The notes below the pieces were generated by a model, which did no database searches, was not told where the DNA came from, and saw nothing but the letters and a program-made list of their open reading frames with translations. From a virus: 64,000 nt of DNA. Position numbers and translations under genes: made by a program. The first letter of the stretch is position 1, and every line of letters starts with the position of its first letter. The DNA is taken from positions 55,390 to 119,389 of IMG/VR virus record IMGVR_UViG_3300042332_000818, one strand, 5' to 3'. Below are positions 39,783 through 48,048 of the stretch, one piece after another.

Positions 39783-40058
39783 TTAGTTATCGTCTCTATG
39801 AAAGTACTCGTCTTTCAACTTTTCTTCTAATGGAATGTCTGGGAGTTCAAGATCAATCTCTTCAATCAGTTCATCCCATTCCTCTATATCATCAAGCACC
39901 ATAGCTCCGGGTTTTTGTAGCACAGATCCAAAGAAAGGATTGTCAATATTCTCTCCGTAGTTTGTAGATATAAGGGAGCGCAACTCTTCATCCGTCAGAT
40001 CAAAATATTGTTCTGTGGATAATTCTATTACTCTCCCATCCGGTAATTGATATAGCAT
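39783..40058 (-). CDS. Acidic hypothetical protein
   Basis: MLYQLPDGRVI..; GTCTAACTTTA promoter-like element upstream. Confidence 0.6.
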   Translation of the reverse strand: MLYQLPDGRVIELSTEQYFDLTDEELRSLISTNYGENIDNPFFGSVLQKPGAMVLDDIEEWDELIEEIDLELPDIPLEEKLKDEYFHRDDN

Positions 40059-40156
40059 ATTGTCATGACTTTACATTATAAAGTTAGACATATACGCATT
40101 TGTTATTAGATAATAGTAAACGATAACATTAAATAAATTGCAGTAATAAAGCTATA

Positions 40157-40528
40157 TTAAGATAATCTAGCGTTAATTAAAGGATGCATCTCCAATGAAC
40201 GCATGATTTCAAGTCTCACTACAGACCTGAAAGGAAAAACTTGTTGTTCTTGAGCAAAATTTGACTCAAGAGTAAACTGTGCTTTTCCATCTATACCCCA
40301 ATGAATTTCGGTAATATTGTTATACAACATACTACCTCCGTTCTTTAGAGTAACTTGGCAATCAAAACCTAGATTACCATTTTCGCAAATAATTTCTGTC
40401 TCTACAGCATTATAAATAGGCCGACCAAGAAACAAAAATTCTGGTTTATGAGTAACACGATCTAGAACCTTAATATCATCAATATTACGGTTCATAGAGT
40501 AGTACTCAGCTGACTTTGAGCGTTCCAT
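40157..40528 (-). CDS. Hypothetical protein
   Basis: ORF track; start uncertain. Confidence 0.45.
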   Translation of the reverse strand: MERSKSAEYYSMNRNIDDIKVLDRVTHKPEFLFLGRPIYNAVETEIICENGNLGFDCQVTLKNGGSMLYNNITEIHWGIDGKAQFTLESNFAQEQQVFPFRSVVRLEIMRSLEMHPLINARLS

Positions 40529-40712
40529 CAGGTAACAAAATTAACTCATGTCCACAGAATAAACACTCATAATTATTATCAGTTATTTGCTCTACCATCT
40601 TTGTTTCAAGACAGTTAGGACACTGATGACCACTTGGTGTGTCGCCATAATACATTTGGCGTTCTTCATTTTCCTCCTGGAGTTCAATGAAGAGTTCTTT
40701 CATTCTACCCAT
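40506..40712 (-). CDS. Zn-ribbon protein
   Basis: CPNC...CLFC. Confidence 0.55.
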   Translation of the reverse strand: MGRMKELFIELQEENEERQMYYGDTPSGHQCPNCLETKMVEQITDNNYECLFCGHELILLPDGTLKVS

Positions 40713-40929
40713 TGTTTACTATTTCTTGTTCATCTCCGGGATCACTACCCTCAATAAATGTGGGAGTATCTAATTCATCATAAGCTTGTACCATACGACT
40801 AATGTATTCAGTGATTAATGTAAAATTAGAATTCTTAGGAATAAGCATAGAGATCTTATCACCCTTGTATTTAATGGTGATTTTGACTTTATTGTCTTTA
40901 AGCGTTGCCATCTTTAATGAATACACCAT
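40705..40929 (-). CDS. Hypothetical protein
   Basis: ORF track; overlaps its neighbours. Confidence 0.4.
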   Translation of the reverse strand: MVYSLKMATLKDNKVKITIKYKGDKISMLIPKNSNFTLITEYISRMVQAYDELDTPTFIEGSDPGDEQEIVNNG

Positions 40930-41200
40930 TTACAGTCTTACCTGTACGGTTTTTAATTACATCATAAGCGGCTTGCAAGCATTCTTCTGCAGAGAATCCG
41001 CATTGCTTAGCCAGGATAATAAGGGTAACAAATGAATCACCAATACCATCTTTCAGTTCGGGTGTGTTGTTCTTTGCAAGAGCTCCGGCTGTTTCACCAA
41101 CCTCTTCCATTACTTTAAGCATTTGCTTTGGTGCATTCTCAGGTTTATCAATACCCTTGTCAGCAGCCCACTGCTCAACCAATCTAACTAACTCAGTCAT
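40898..41200 (-). CDS. MazG-like NTP pyrophosphohydrolase
   Basis: KVMEEVGE..KDGIGD..AYDVIKNRTGK. Confidence 0.85.
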   Translation of the reverse strand: MTELVRLVEQWAADKGIDKPENAPKQMLKVMEEVGETAGALAKNNTPELKDGIGDSFVTLIILAKQCGFSAEECLQAAYDVIKNRTGKTVNGVFIKDGNA

Positions 41201-41622
41201 TCTTCGATTTTTTGAAATGTTAATATATAGTGCTTGTTGTGTTCTTGTGTTATAGATGAAACAATACAGTTTTTCCATACATGATAGATACTTACCATGT
41301 CAGTACCCACAAAGATTGCAGGACCACCAGAAGGGTCTATCATATAAAGATCTGTATCTGAATCATCGTTAGCATAAGCAACACGATAGTAATCAGTTTC
41401 AAAGGTCATCTGAATCTGATTAAAGTTTATCTGTACAAAGTAAATCTTATCACCATATCGGTTAATGTATTCAGTATGATGCATTGTCCATACTTGTTCA
41501 GGTTCTTCATCCCAAAAAGCATCATATGTATCATTCTCTTGTCTAGTAACTACAACTACCTGAGCGTAGATAACTAGACCCAATAGTATAGCCAATACTA
41601 TTAAAGCAATAAGTGTTATCAT
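41197..41622 (-). CDS. Membrane-anchored hypothetical protein
   Basis: N-terminal TM; NRYGD and DPSGGP motifs. Confidence 0.55.
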   Translation of the reverse strand: MITLIALIVLAILLGLVIYAQVVVVTRQENDTYDAFWDEEPEQVWTMHHTEYINRYGDKIYFVQINFNQIQMTFETDYYRVAYANDDSDTDLYMIDPSGGPAIFVGTDMVSIYHVWKNCIVSSITQEHNKHYILTFQKIEE

Positions 41623-41642
41623 AAAAAAGTGAATTAAGTTTG

Positions 41643-41715
41643 AGCCTCCTATAGGAATCGAACCCACAACCTACTGAGTACAAATCAGTTGCTCTACCAG
41701 TTGAGCTAAGGAGGC
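41643..41715 (-). tRNA. tRNA-Thr(TGT)
   Basis: Cloverleaf GCCTCCT/AGGAGGC, anticodon loop TTTGTAC, GTTCGATTC; no encoded CCA. Confidence 0.9.
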
Positions 41716-41797
41716 TTATTTTAAAGTTTAGAGTTCTTACGTTCTCCCTGCTTTAAAATTGCATACAGCAAGATAACAATAATAATTCCAATTATAA

Positions 41798-42067
41798 TCA
41801 TTTGGTAGAGGATCTTTTAATGATACCAACTAGAGTAATAAGATCCTCTTCATTGGTAACATTATTAGTCATAGAATCAAAGATTGAAACAACCCAACCA
41901 TCATTAACAGCTTCATCGTGAGCATTTGTAATCAAACAAATATCACCAATATCTAAACTGTAATAGTAGTAGTCATTCTCGTAACCAGATTCTTCTTTTG
42001 TTACGGTAGTGCTTATAAAGCCTTGAGCTTGAAGAGTTTCTTCTTTAATATCAGAATACTTCTTCAT
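41798..42067 (-). CDS. Hypothetical protein
   Basis: 89 aa. Confidence 0.5.
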   Translation of the reverse strand: MKKYSDIKEETLQAQGFISTTVTKEESGYENDYYYYSLDIGDICLITNAHDEAVNDGWVVSIFDSMTNNVTNEEDLITLVGIIKRSSTK

Positions 42068-42296
42068 CTAAACTAAGATTAGCTTCATTTAAAAAACGAT
42101 GAAATTGCTCACGAGTTTTTTCGTAAGCTTTATACTCATCTTCAGGCATAGAATCTGGAGCATGCTTTGTATTAGCACGTAACCACATATCAAATTCCCA
42201 CATAGTTAGCCTCCACTTCTGACCATTAAGGGCATCCATAAAATGCACTTTGTCAAAACCTTCAGCATCAAAATCAAATCTCATTACTACTTTCAT
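42051..42296 (-). CDS. Hypothetical protein
   Basis: 81-aa small phage ORF. Confidence 0.55.
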   Translation of the reverse strand: MKVVMRFDFDAEGFDKVHFMDALNGQKWRLTMWEFDMWLRANTKHAPDSMPEDEYKAYEKTREQFHRFLNEANLSLDEEVF

Positions 42297-42582
42297 AGAT
42301 AATAATATTTTGTCTCATAATAGAGTAGTTAAACACAAGATCGTAGATGCGTCTCATCATAGAGGCAGACACCCCTGATCTAATTGCTGCATCTTTAAGC
42401 TTATCATAGATTTCATGCTGTCTAGATTCGGACATTTCGGTAATTCCATGTTCTTTCTTTAGATGTGCAATAAGTTCTACTAAGCTCATTCTAACAGCAA
42501 ACATATTACAAATAGCTTCATCAACCGCATCAATATCCTCACGAATATCATTCAGTCTAGATTCAAATTCACTCTTTTCCAT
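42274..42582 (-). CDS. Chorismate mutase type II (AroQ)-like protein
   Basis: LNDIREDIDAVDEAI..VR..IAHLKKEHG..SR..SIMRQ matches the AroQ three-helix pattern. Confidence 0.7.
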   Translation of the reverse strand: MEKSEFESRLNDIREDIDAVDEAICNMFAVRMSLVELIAHLKKEHGITEMSESRQHEIYDKLKDAAIRSGVSASMMRRIYDLVFNYSIMRQNIIIYESSNEI

Positions 42583-42814
42583 ATGTTTCAAAGTAGTATT
42601 GGTCGTTAAGGTCTTTACCACCAGAGTTTTTGCAGTCAAGCCATCCGATGTCGTAAGCATTCATAATCTGCCACTTCTCTTTTTCAAGGTAGATATGCTC
42701 TATAAGATTTTTAGCTTGATTAATACCAATAACCTCACGCCTCCAATCATTCTGGATGTAGACTGCTTCTAAATCATTCAGAGCATCCATAAGCTCTTGC
42801 ATTGCTGTTTTCAT
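42569..42814 (-). CDS. Hypothetical protein
   Basis: MKTAMQEL..EKWQIMNAY..QYYFETY; typical small flavobacterial-phage ORF. Confidence 0.55.
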   Translation of the reverse strand: MKTAMQELMDALNDLEAVYIQNDWRREVIGINQAKNLIEHIYLEKEKWQIMNAYDIGWLDCKNSGGKDLNDQYYFETYGKE

Positions 42815-43443
42815 TGTTCTTTATTCTCTAATTTTCTCTCAAGCTCTTCTAATTGTGCTTCAAATCGTTCAATACTCCCCCAAATAATTGAAGCATCTGG
42901 GTCTAGAGCTTTGATTTGCTCAACTAATTCTTTTTGACGACCATCTGAATAGAATCCGTGTTCAATCCACATAGCTAAATTTTGAAGGTGTTTAGGTGCT
43001 GAGATTGAAATTCTCAAATCGTAATGTGACCATTTAGTCTTCCAATCCCAGAATACAATACCTTTAGTTAGCTTACGATGTAAGTTACTTAACCTGTGGT
43101 TACGAACCCTTACAATACTCTTATCGTTTCCAAATACATGTAAGAACCGTAAAAACCAACGTGGACACCACTTTGGTTTAGCTTCATAATCTAAAGCAAG
43201 AACTAAAGAATACAGTGCTTCAAAGTAAGCACCATCATCTTTCCACATATGAATTCCTAAATATCCGTATTTTTCAAAACTTTTAGGAAAGAAGATATAC
43301 CGTAGATCATCCCATTCTAGATTACGGGTATGAATCATACCCTTAGAACGACCTTTCCAGAAAAGCATAGATTGAGCAAACTCTCTAGCTTTCTGACTAA
43401 AAGATCTAGTATCCTTTCTATAAAATTTGCTGTTTTTTTTCAT
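42811..43443 (-). CDS. Hypothetical protein
   Basis: 210 aa; starts at an 18-bp junction repeat. Confidence 0.55.
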   Translation of the reverse strand: MKKNSKFYRKDTRSFSQKAREFAQSMLFWKGRSKGMIHTRNLEWDDLRYIFFPKSFEKYGYLGIHMWKDDGAYFEALYSLVLALDYEAKPKWCPRWFLRFLHVFGNDKSIVRVRNHRLSNLHRKLTKGIVFWDWKTKWSHYDLRISISAPKHLQNLAMWIEHGFYSDGRQKELVEQIKALDPDASIIWGSIERFEAQLEELERKLENKEQ

Positions 43444-43601
43444 TTCTCGTTGGTGTTAGTATTCCAATAGTATTCGCACTTTCCATCTTTGATAGGTGGG
43501 TTCATAAAGTAGGATTGGTGCCACCCAGCGGTAGCTGTGTATCGGTAGCAGGTCATCTTGAGGTCGCAATCTGCGCCACTACATTTAGTTATGTCAGCCA
43601 T
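43440..43601 (-). CDS. Small Cys-rich protein (53 aa)
   Basis: MADITKC..C..CYR..CEYYW..NTNEK; ATGA coupling to the next gene. Confidence 0.6.
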   Translation of the reverse strand: MADITKCSGADCDLKMTCYRYTATAGWHQSYFMNPPIKDGKCEYYWNTNTNEK

Positions 43602-43613
43602 TAATGTTAAATG

Positions 43614-43877
43614 TTACCAGTCAAAACTTTCATTAAATACTTCTTTATTATTAGAGTCAAGCACTCTAACCCTGTTCCAGTCATTACAATCGCCAAATGG
43701 AACGGGGGTATTGCTAACATTATATTTATAGATGTCATCAGAACTACCTCCATAAATGCATATCAGTTTATATCCATCTTCTGATTCACCTACAAACGTA
43801 AATGTATATTTGTAGTAATTGTAAAAAGATACCTTAGTGTCTTTAAACTTCTCGTTTACTTCTGCTTTTGCTTTCAT
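43614..43877 (-). CDS. Hypothetical protein
   Basis: 87 aa; starts in the repeat. Confidence 0.55.
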   Translation of the reverse strand: MKAKAEVNEKFKDTKVSFYNYYKYTFTFVGESEDGYKLICIYGGSSDDIYKYNVSNTPVPFGDCNDWNRVRVLDSNNKEVFNESFDW

Positions 43878-43889
43878 TTCTCGTTGGTG

Positions 43890-44153
43890 TTAAGAAAACA
43901 AAGCATCAAAGAACCACTCACCAAACGATTTAATTTCTTTTGGCTTAGAAGGTTTAACCTTTACTGGATTTTGTAGAAATTCTGTCATCATTGCCATCAT
44001 AAAGATTTCGTGGTGCTTTTCTGGAATATCTGTAAAATCACCAATAATTTTTATAGGCAATCTTCCGTATCCATAAATTACCACTTCGGTATCAATAGCC
44101 ACTTTAGGTTCTACATTAACCGTTATATTGTTTGTGTTTTCTGATATAAACAT
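43890..44153 (-). CDS. Hypothetical protein
   Basis: 87 aa; exactly bounded by repeat copies. Confidence 0.55.
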   Translation of the reverse strand: MFISENTNNITVNVEPKVAIDTEVVIYGYGRLPIKIIGDFTDIPEKHHEIFMMAMMTEFLQNPVKVKPSKPKEIKSFGEWFFDALFS

Positions 44154-44165
44154 TTCTCGTTGGTG

Positions 44166-44549
44166 TTAGACAATTCTATATCCTTTATATTCACATTTTG
44201 AGCAGTGAACATTCTTTTGTGCAGGATGGCTTGTTAAGGTCATCATTGGATTACTATCCATTAATTCGTTCCCACACTTTGGACAAGCAATACCATTTGG
44301 TATTGGTTCATTGGAAAACCAACGAGTTTGAGTAGACCAAGCGTTAGAGTTATGTTCATCTAATGACTTTAATCCACTATGGGTTGATGTTTTTGTGGTG
44401 TTAAAGGTTTCGTTTAATAGTTTTGCTAAATCTTGAGCATCTTCTCCGATAGAGCCAATCTTCTCACCATCTAAGAACACATCGTATCCGTAGGTGTCAC
44501 AGCATCCATCACCGCAGGTGTGGTTGTAGTATTCAAGTGTTATTTTCAT
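44166..44549 (-). CDS. Two-module Cys-rich protein (CGDGCC plus Zn ribbon)
   Basis: TCGDGCC N-module and CPKC..CSKC C-module joined at ETFNT. Confidence 0.55.
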   Translation of the reverse strand: MKITLEYYNHTCGDGCCDTYGYDVFLDGEKIGSIGEDAQDLAKLLNETFNTTKTSTHSGLKSLDEHNSNAWSTQTRWFSNEPIPNGIACPKCGNELMDSNPMMTLTSHPAQKNVHCSKCEYKGYRIV

Positions 44550-44576
44550 TTCTCGTTCGCTAAAGGTGTTAAAATA

Positions 44577-44706
44577 GAAGGAGTGGCTTCGGGTCTCTCA
44601 AGGTTACTGGTTAGCTTGGTTTCATCTATACTTAGTCTAAACCTTTTTTCAGTATAGTCACCTTTATCAGTGGTGCGCTAACTACAGCGTTACTAACCAC
44701 CCCTTC
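44577..44706 (-). ncRNA. Candidate structured ncRNA
   Basis: Terminal helix GAAGGGGTGG/CCACTCCTTC; internal GTTAGC/GCTAAC, CACC/GGTG and CTATACT/AGTATAG. Confidence 0.5.
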
Positions 44707-44805
44707 ATTTTTTGTTTGGTATTATTTGATTTCTTTTCCCATCATTAACACATATAAGTGTATCTAATTGTGGAATTTACCATCATCTTATTTGATATTC
44801 TGATT

Positions 44806-45096
44806 TTACTCATTTGATTTATCCAAGTCTGAATACTTCAACCCCCACATCACATTGAACCACCGCATCTCCTTCTCTGCATAGACTGCTCGCATCTTAA
44901 GTTCTCTCATAAGGTACTGCTTACCCCACTCCTTCAGTTGCTCGCTCTGCTCAAAAGTCATAGTGTACTTCTGAAACCAGTTGTCTACACCACGGATGTC
45001 TTCGTAGGTTACGTCGTGTCCAGCAATCACAAACATCTGATTGATGATGTCAACGATTGCCTTCTCTCTCTTTTGTTCTCTGGTTAGTCGTTTCAT
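44806..45096 (-). CDS. Hypothetical protein
   Basis: 96 aa; starts in a variant of the repeat. Confidence 0.55.
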   Translation of the reverse strand: MKRLTREQKREKAIVDIINQMFVIAGHDVTYEDIRGVDNWFQKYTMTFEQSEQLKEWGKQYLMRELKMRAVYAEKEMRWFNVMWGLKYSDLDKSNE

Positions 45097-45116
45097 TTCT
45101 GGTTGGTTTTAATTTG

Positions 45117-45329
45117 TAGTCAGGACAGGATTCGAACCTGTATAACTTTTACAATTAAAAGTTTAAACTTTCAGGCCTTACTACCTTAAGGCAGCAACCT
45201 ATATGATTATTTTTCCCTCACATACTTTGGGTGCGTCTACCAAAGCTACTCATTGACCCCACAACGGATTCGAACCGTATCTATTGCTCCGACTGCGCGG
45301 GGTTGAAGTAGCCATTCCGCCACCTGACT
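45117..45329 (-). ncRNA. tRNA-like RNA with nested mini-tRNA insert
   Basis: AGTCAGG/CCTGACT acceptor, Leu-like D-arm halves, two GGTTCGAATCC T-arms; no canonical anticodon arm. Confidence 0.65.
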
Positions 45330-45469
45330 ATTTATAATCTGCCAAAACTCTATATTATTTAAACTTTTGGCAAAATATAATGCAATCAATAGTGCACCAT
45401 AGCGCACTTTTAATTACAATATTTTACTTATAAGACAAGAATGAAGCATAATGTGCAATAGAATGCACT

Positions 45470-45643
45470 TTATACTCTATCAAACTTATCATCATCAAGT
45501 AGAAACTCTACACCCCACTTCCACCACCAGAGCTCAATGTTCCGGTAACCAAAGAGATATTTATCATAGGTTACAGTGATAGTTGGTAGCAGATAAATCT
45601 GAGACCATCTACTAGTAAACCTGAAACTATACTTCTTTTTCAT
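45470..45643 (-). CDS. Small Trp-rich protein (57 aa)
   Basis: Manual translation: QIYLLPTI..IELWWWKWGVEF. Confidence 0.5.
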   Translation of the reverse strand: MKKKYSFRFTSRWSQIYLLPTITVTYDKYLFGYRNIELWWWKWGVEFLLDDDKFDRV

Positions 45644-45820
45644 CTTAAAAGTTTATTTGGTGTGAATTTAAACAAAAAAGGTGTAGACTATATAGCCCAC
45701 ACCCTTCTTACAATTATATTTTGACTAATACGACGTATAAATAGATCTCTTTCTTTCTTGGATTGGAACTCTTTGGTTATCAGCTCCCAACAAGATTTAC
45801 CTTGATCCGAATTATACCTC

Positions 45821-46117
45821 TCATACTGAATGCTGTACTTCCCCAATATCATGTAGTTCTTCTACTGTTGTATCAAGTAACTTCCGGAAACCTCTCTCAA
45901 TAGTTACATACACATCTTCAGATTCTGGATCTTGGATATGACTGTAAGAATGAGTGAGAGTTTTCTCAAGTAAACTTGACAAGTTGTTTGCGTGATACTT
46001 AATATCCTGACGATAAGACTTGGTACCTTTAAGATCATCAATAAGCTCAACGAGAACTTGAGAAGTTACTACAAGCTTTATAACAGTTAAATGTTTTTGA
46101 TAGTCTTCTGGTGTCAT
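45821..46117 (-). CDS. Hypothetical protein
   Basis: 98 aa. Confidence 0.55.
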   Translation of the reverse strand: MTPEDYQKHLTVIKLVVTSQVLVELIDDLKGTKSYRQDIKYHANNLSSLLEKTLTHSYSHIQDPESEDVYVTIERGFRKLLDTTVEELHDIGEVQHSV

Positions 46118-46311
46118 TATTTTGGTTTCTTTACGCCTTCAGGTAATGTTACGGGTTCTGAGTTTACTAAATGATCTATGCCTCTGGCAATGTGTGAAGG
46201 ATACTGATAGACACTTTTAATCTTCATCATCCATTCTACATAGCCGATGCGCTCATTTTGCTGGTTCTTCATAAAATTGATCTCTATAATTGGATGTTCT
46301 ACAAGTTGCAC
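46117..46311 (-). CDS. Hypothetical protein
   Basis: ORF track; start uncertain. Confidence 0.4.
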   Translation of the reverse strand: MQLVEHPIIEINFMKNQQNERIGYVEWMMKIKSVYQYPSHIARGIDHLVNSEPVTLPEGVKKPK

Positions 46312-46407
46312 AAACTAATTTGTTCTCCATTACAGCGGAGAGCTTTGGAATGTGAGGAGTTACCTTCTTACAATCCGTACAATAATTTTTCATTGGTGTG
46401 TATTTAG

Positions 46408-46479
46408 TGATTCCACCTGGATTCGAACCAGGAATACAAGCTTAGAAGGCTAGTGTTATATCCCTTTAACTATGGAACC
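46408..46479 (-). tRNA. tRNA-Arg(TCT)
   Basis: GGTTCCA/TGGAATC acceptor, anticodon loop CTTCTAA, GGTTCGAATCC; consistent with heavy AGA usage in the genes. Confidence 0.9.
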
Positions 46480-46488
46480 ATTTGATTT

Positions 46489-46662
46489 TTACTTAGATAA
46501 TAACGCCTTCACTTTGTAAAAGTAAGGGGTAGCTTTACCTAAAGATTCCATAAAAACTAAGACTTGACTGAACTGAACAAGAGCATCAGCACCATGTCTA
46601 GACTTCCAGTAGTCAGCCATTTGTTTAGCTGACATGTTGTTTGCGTCTTTAATTATTTTCAT
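46489..46662 (-). CDS. Small hypothetical protein (57 aa)
   Basis: Manual translation MKIIKDANN..; CACACC leader. Confidence 0.45.
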   Translation of the reverse strand: MKIIKDANNMSAKQMADYWKSRHGADALVQFSQVLVFMESLGKATPYFYKVKALLSK

Positions 46663-46722
46663 GGTGTGAAATTAAGAAAATTTTCATAATTTAACAATGT
46701 AGTAACATTAATAACTTAAATT

Positions 46723-46872
46723 ATGAAAAGACTTATAGCCCTTGGTGCTGTCTTGTTGCTGACAGCATGTTCTTCTGTTCAATTTGTGCCAGGTGACTTT
46801 GCCGATTTGGGTAAATGCCGGGTCCAAGGTTGTAACAGTTTGTCTATTCATGAGCATGTTGTTCTTCCGTAA
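46723..46872 (+). CDS. Small lipoprotein (49 aa)
   Basis: MKRLIALGAVLLLTAC lipobox; two further Cys and HEH; opposite strand to its neighbours. Confidence 0.65.
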   Translation: MKRLIALGAVLLLTACSSVQFVPGDFADLGKCRVQGCNSLSIHEHVVLP

Positions 46873-46966
46873 AGGTAGAGACTAACCCCAATAGATATAA
46901 ATAAAGTCGGAACCAACACCTTCATCAGTGTTGGTCTCCGGCTTTTCTGTTTGCTCTTCCATGTAC

Positions 46967-46974
46967 CAAATATA
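46967..46974 (-). promoter_or_regulatory. Bacteroidota sigma-70 -7 element (TATATTTG)
   Basis: Matches TAnnTTTG. Confidence 0.5.
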
Positions 46975-46993
46975 ACAAATCAGTTTTGGGTAA

Positions 46994-47221
46994 TCAACTC
47001 CAACTACTAAAAGGATTTTGAATACGGTCCATTGTTTCAAATACGCAGTAGCTATTCTTGGTAGTTACAATAATTGTATTGTAACCTAAAGCCTTTGCAA
47101 TATGAGGTTCAACGGATTGAATTGCTACAATCTGATTTACATTTAGAAGAGTTCTATGCTTTATAGCATCCTCTACACCTATCGGTTCACGTACTTCAGT
47201 AACTTCAATAAAATTTTCCAT
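46994..47221 (-). CDS. Hypothetical protein
   Basis: 75 aa. Confidence 0.5.
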   Translation of the reverse strand: MENFIEVTEVREPIGVEDAIKHRTLLNVNQIVAIQSVEPHIAKALGYNTIIVTTKNSYCVFETMDRIQNPFSSWS

Positions 47222-47232
47222 AATAGTTTTAA

Positions 47233-47460
47233 TTAAGATTCACCGTCCCATACTTGCTGACCATTAGGGCCAACAACATACCGGTTCCAAATCTTACGGA
47301 TTGATACAGAAGAAATACTTTCATCCTCAAGATCTTGATCATTAATACCTAAATAATTAAAATGCTTGAGGAATGCTTTACCTACTGGTGTTGAACCAAA
47401 TTCACCGTCAACATAGTTGCCAAGGAATTCAGAGTACATGAATCTGTTGATCTTCGCCAT
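47233..47460 (-). CDS. Hypothetical protein
   Basis: 75 aa. Confidence 0.5.
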   Translation of the reverse strand: MAKINRFMYSEFLGNYVDGEFGSTPVGKAFLKHFNYLGINDQDLEDESISSVSIRKIWNRYVVGPNGQQVWDGES

Positions 47461-47908
47461 CTTGAATAAAAGGTTTTACGTGGTTACAACTAACTGTTTC
47501 TTCAAAATCTTTAACCTCACCTTTAGAGTCAACAAGTTTGTAGCTCACCCTAAAGGTCTTTGATTCAGTAAATTTAAATATTTCAACGATTCTGGCAATA
47601 AGATAGGCAACAGTATAACTGCTGGAATCCTTATTGACAATGCAGTAAGCCGCATCAATGGAGGCATCCATATCATAATCACTCATGAAGTATTTACTCT
47701 TACCTATCAATACAGTGTCACCCAGTTTCATACCCTTACTGAAGTCTGCTACAGAACCAAGCATAGAGCTAACAATTCTGGCCGCTGCTGAACTATCATC
47801 TAAAAGTAGACCGTGAATACAGTCAACCATCCGATCGTTCATTACAGAGCCTGAAAGTAAGTTTTCAGCAATACCCTTAAGATCTTCATCTTTGATATTA
47901 ATTTCCAT
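47429..47908 (-). CDS. Hypothetical protein
   Basis: 159 aa. Confidence 0.55.
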   Translation of the reverse strand: MEINIKDEDLKGIAENLLSGSVMNDRMVDCIHGLLLDDSSAAARIVSSMLGSVADFSKGMKLGDTVLIGKSKYFMSDYDMDASIDAAYCIVNKDSSSYTVAYLIARIVEIFKFTESKTFRVSYKLVDSKGEVKDFEETVSCNHVKPFIQDGEDQQIHVL

Positions 47909-48048
47909 GTTGTTTTGTTTTGGTGTGTATATTACGCGCGCGTATATTAGTATATAATATATATAATATATAAGGAGAGGATATGTCTATACCAGGAATA
48001 TGAGAGAGATACATACTCCTAGTATGGATTAGCATAATACGCGCGAGA

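Larger units (their letters stand above)
43441..44168 (-). repeat. 18-bp junction repeat TAACACCAACGAGAAATG (3 exact copies)
   Basis: Copies at 43441-43458, 43875-43892 and 44151-44168; variants at 44547-44573 and 45094-45111. Confidence 0.9.

Noticed and set aside
43441-44168. Possible CRISPR array
   Set aside because: The repeats are 18 bp and separated by whole genes of 260-420 bp, not by spacers; no cas operon is present.
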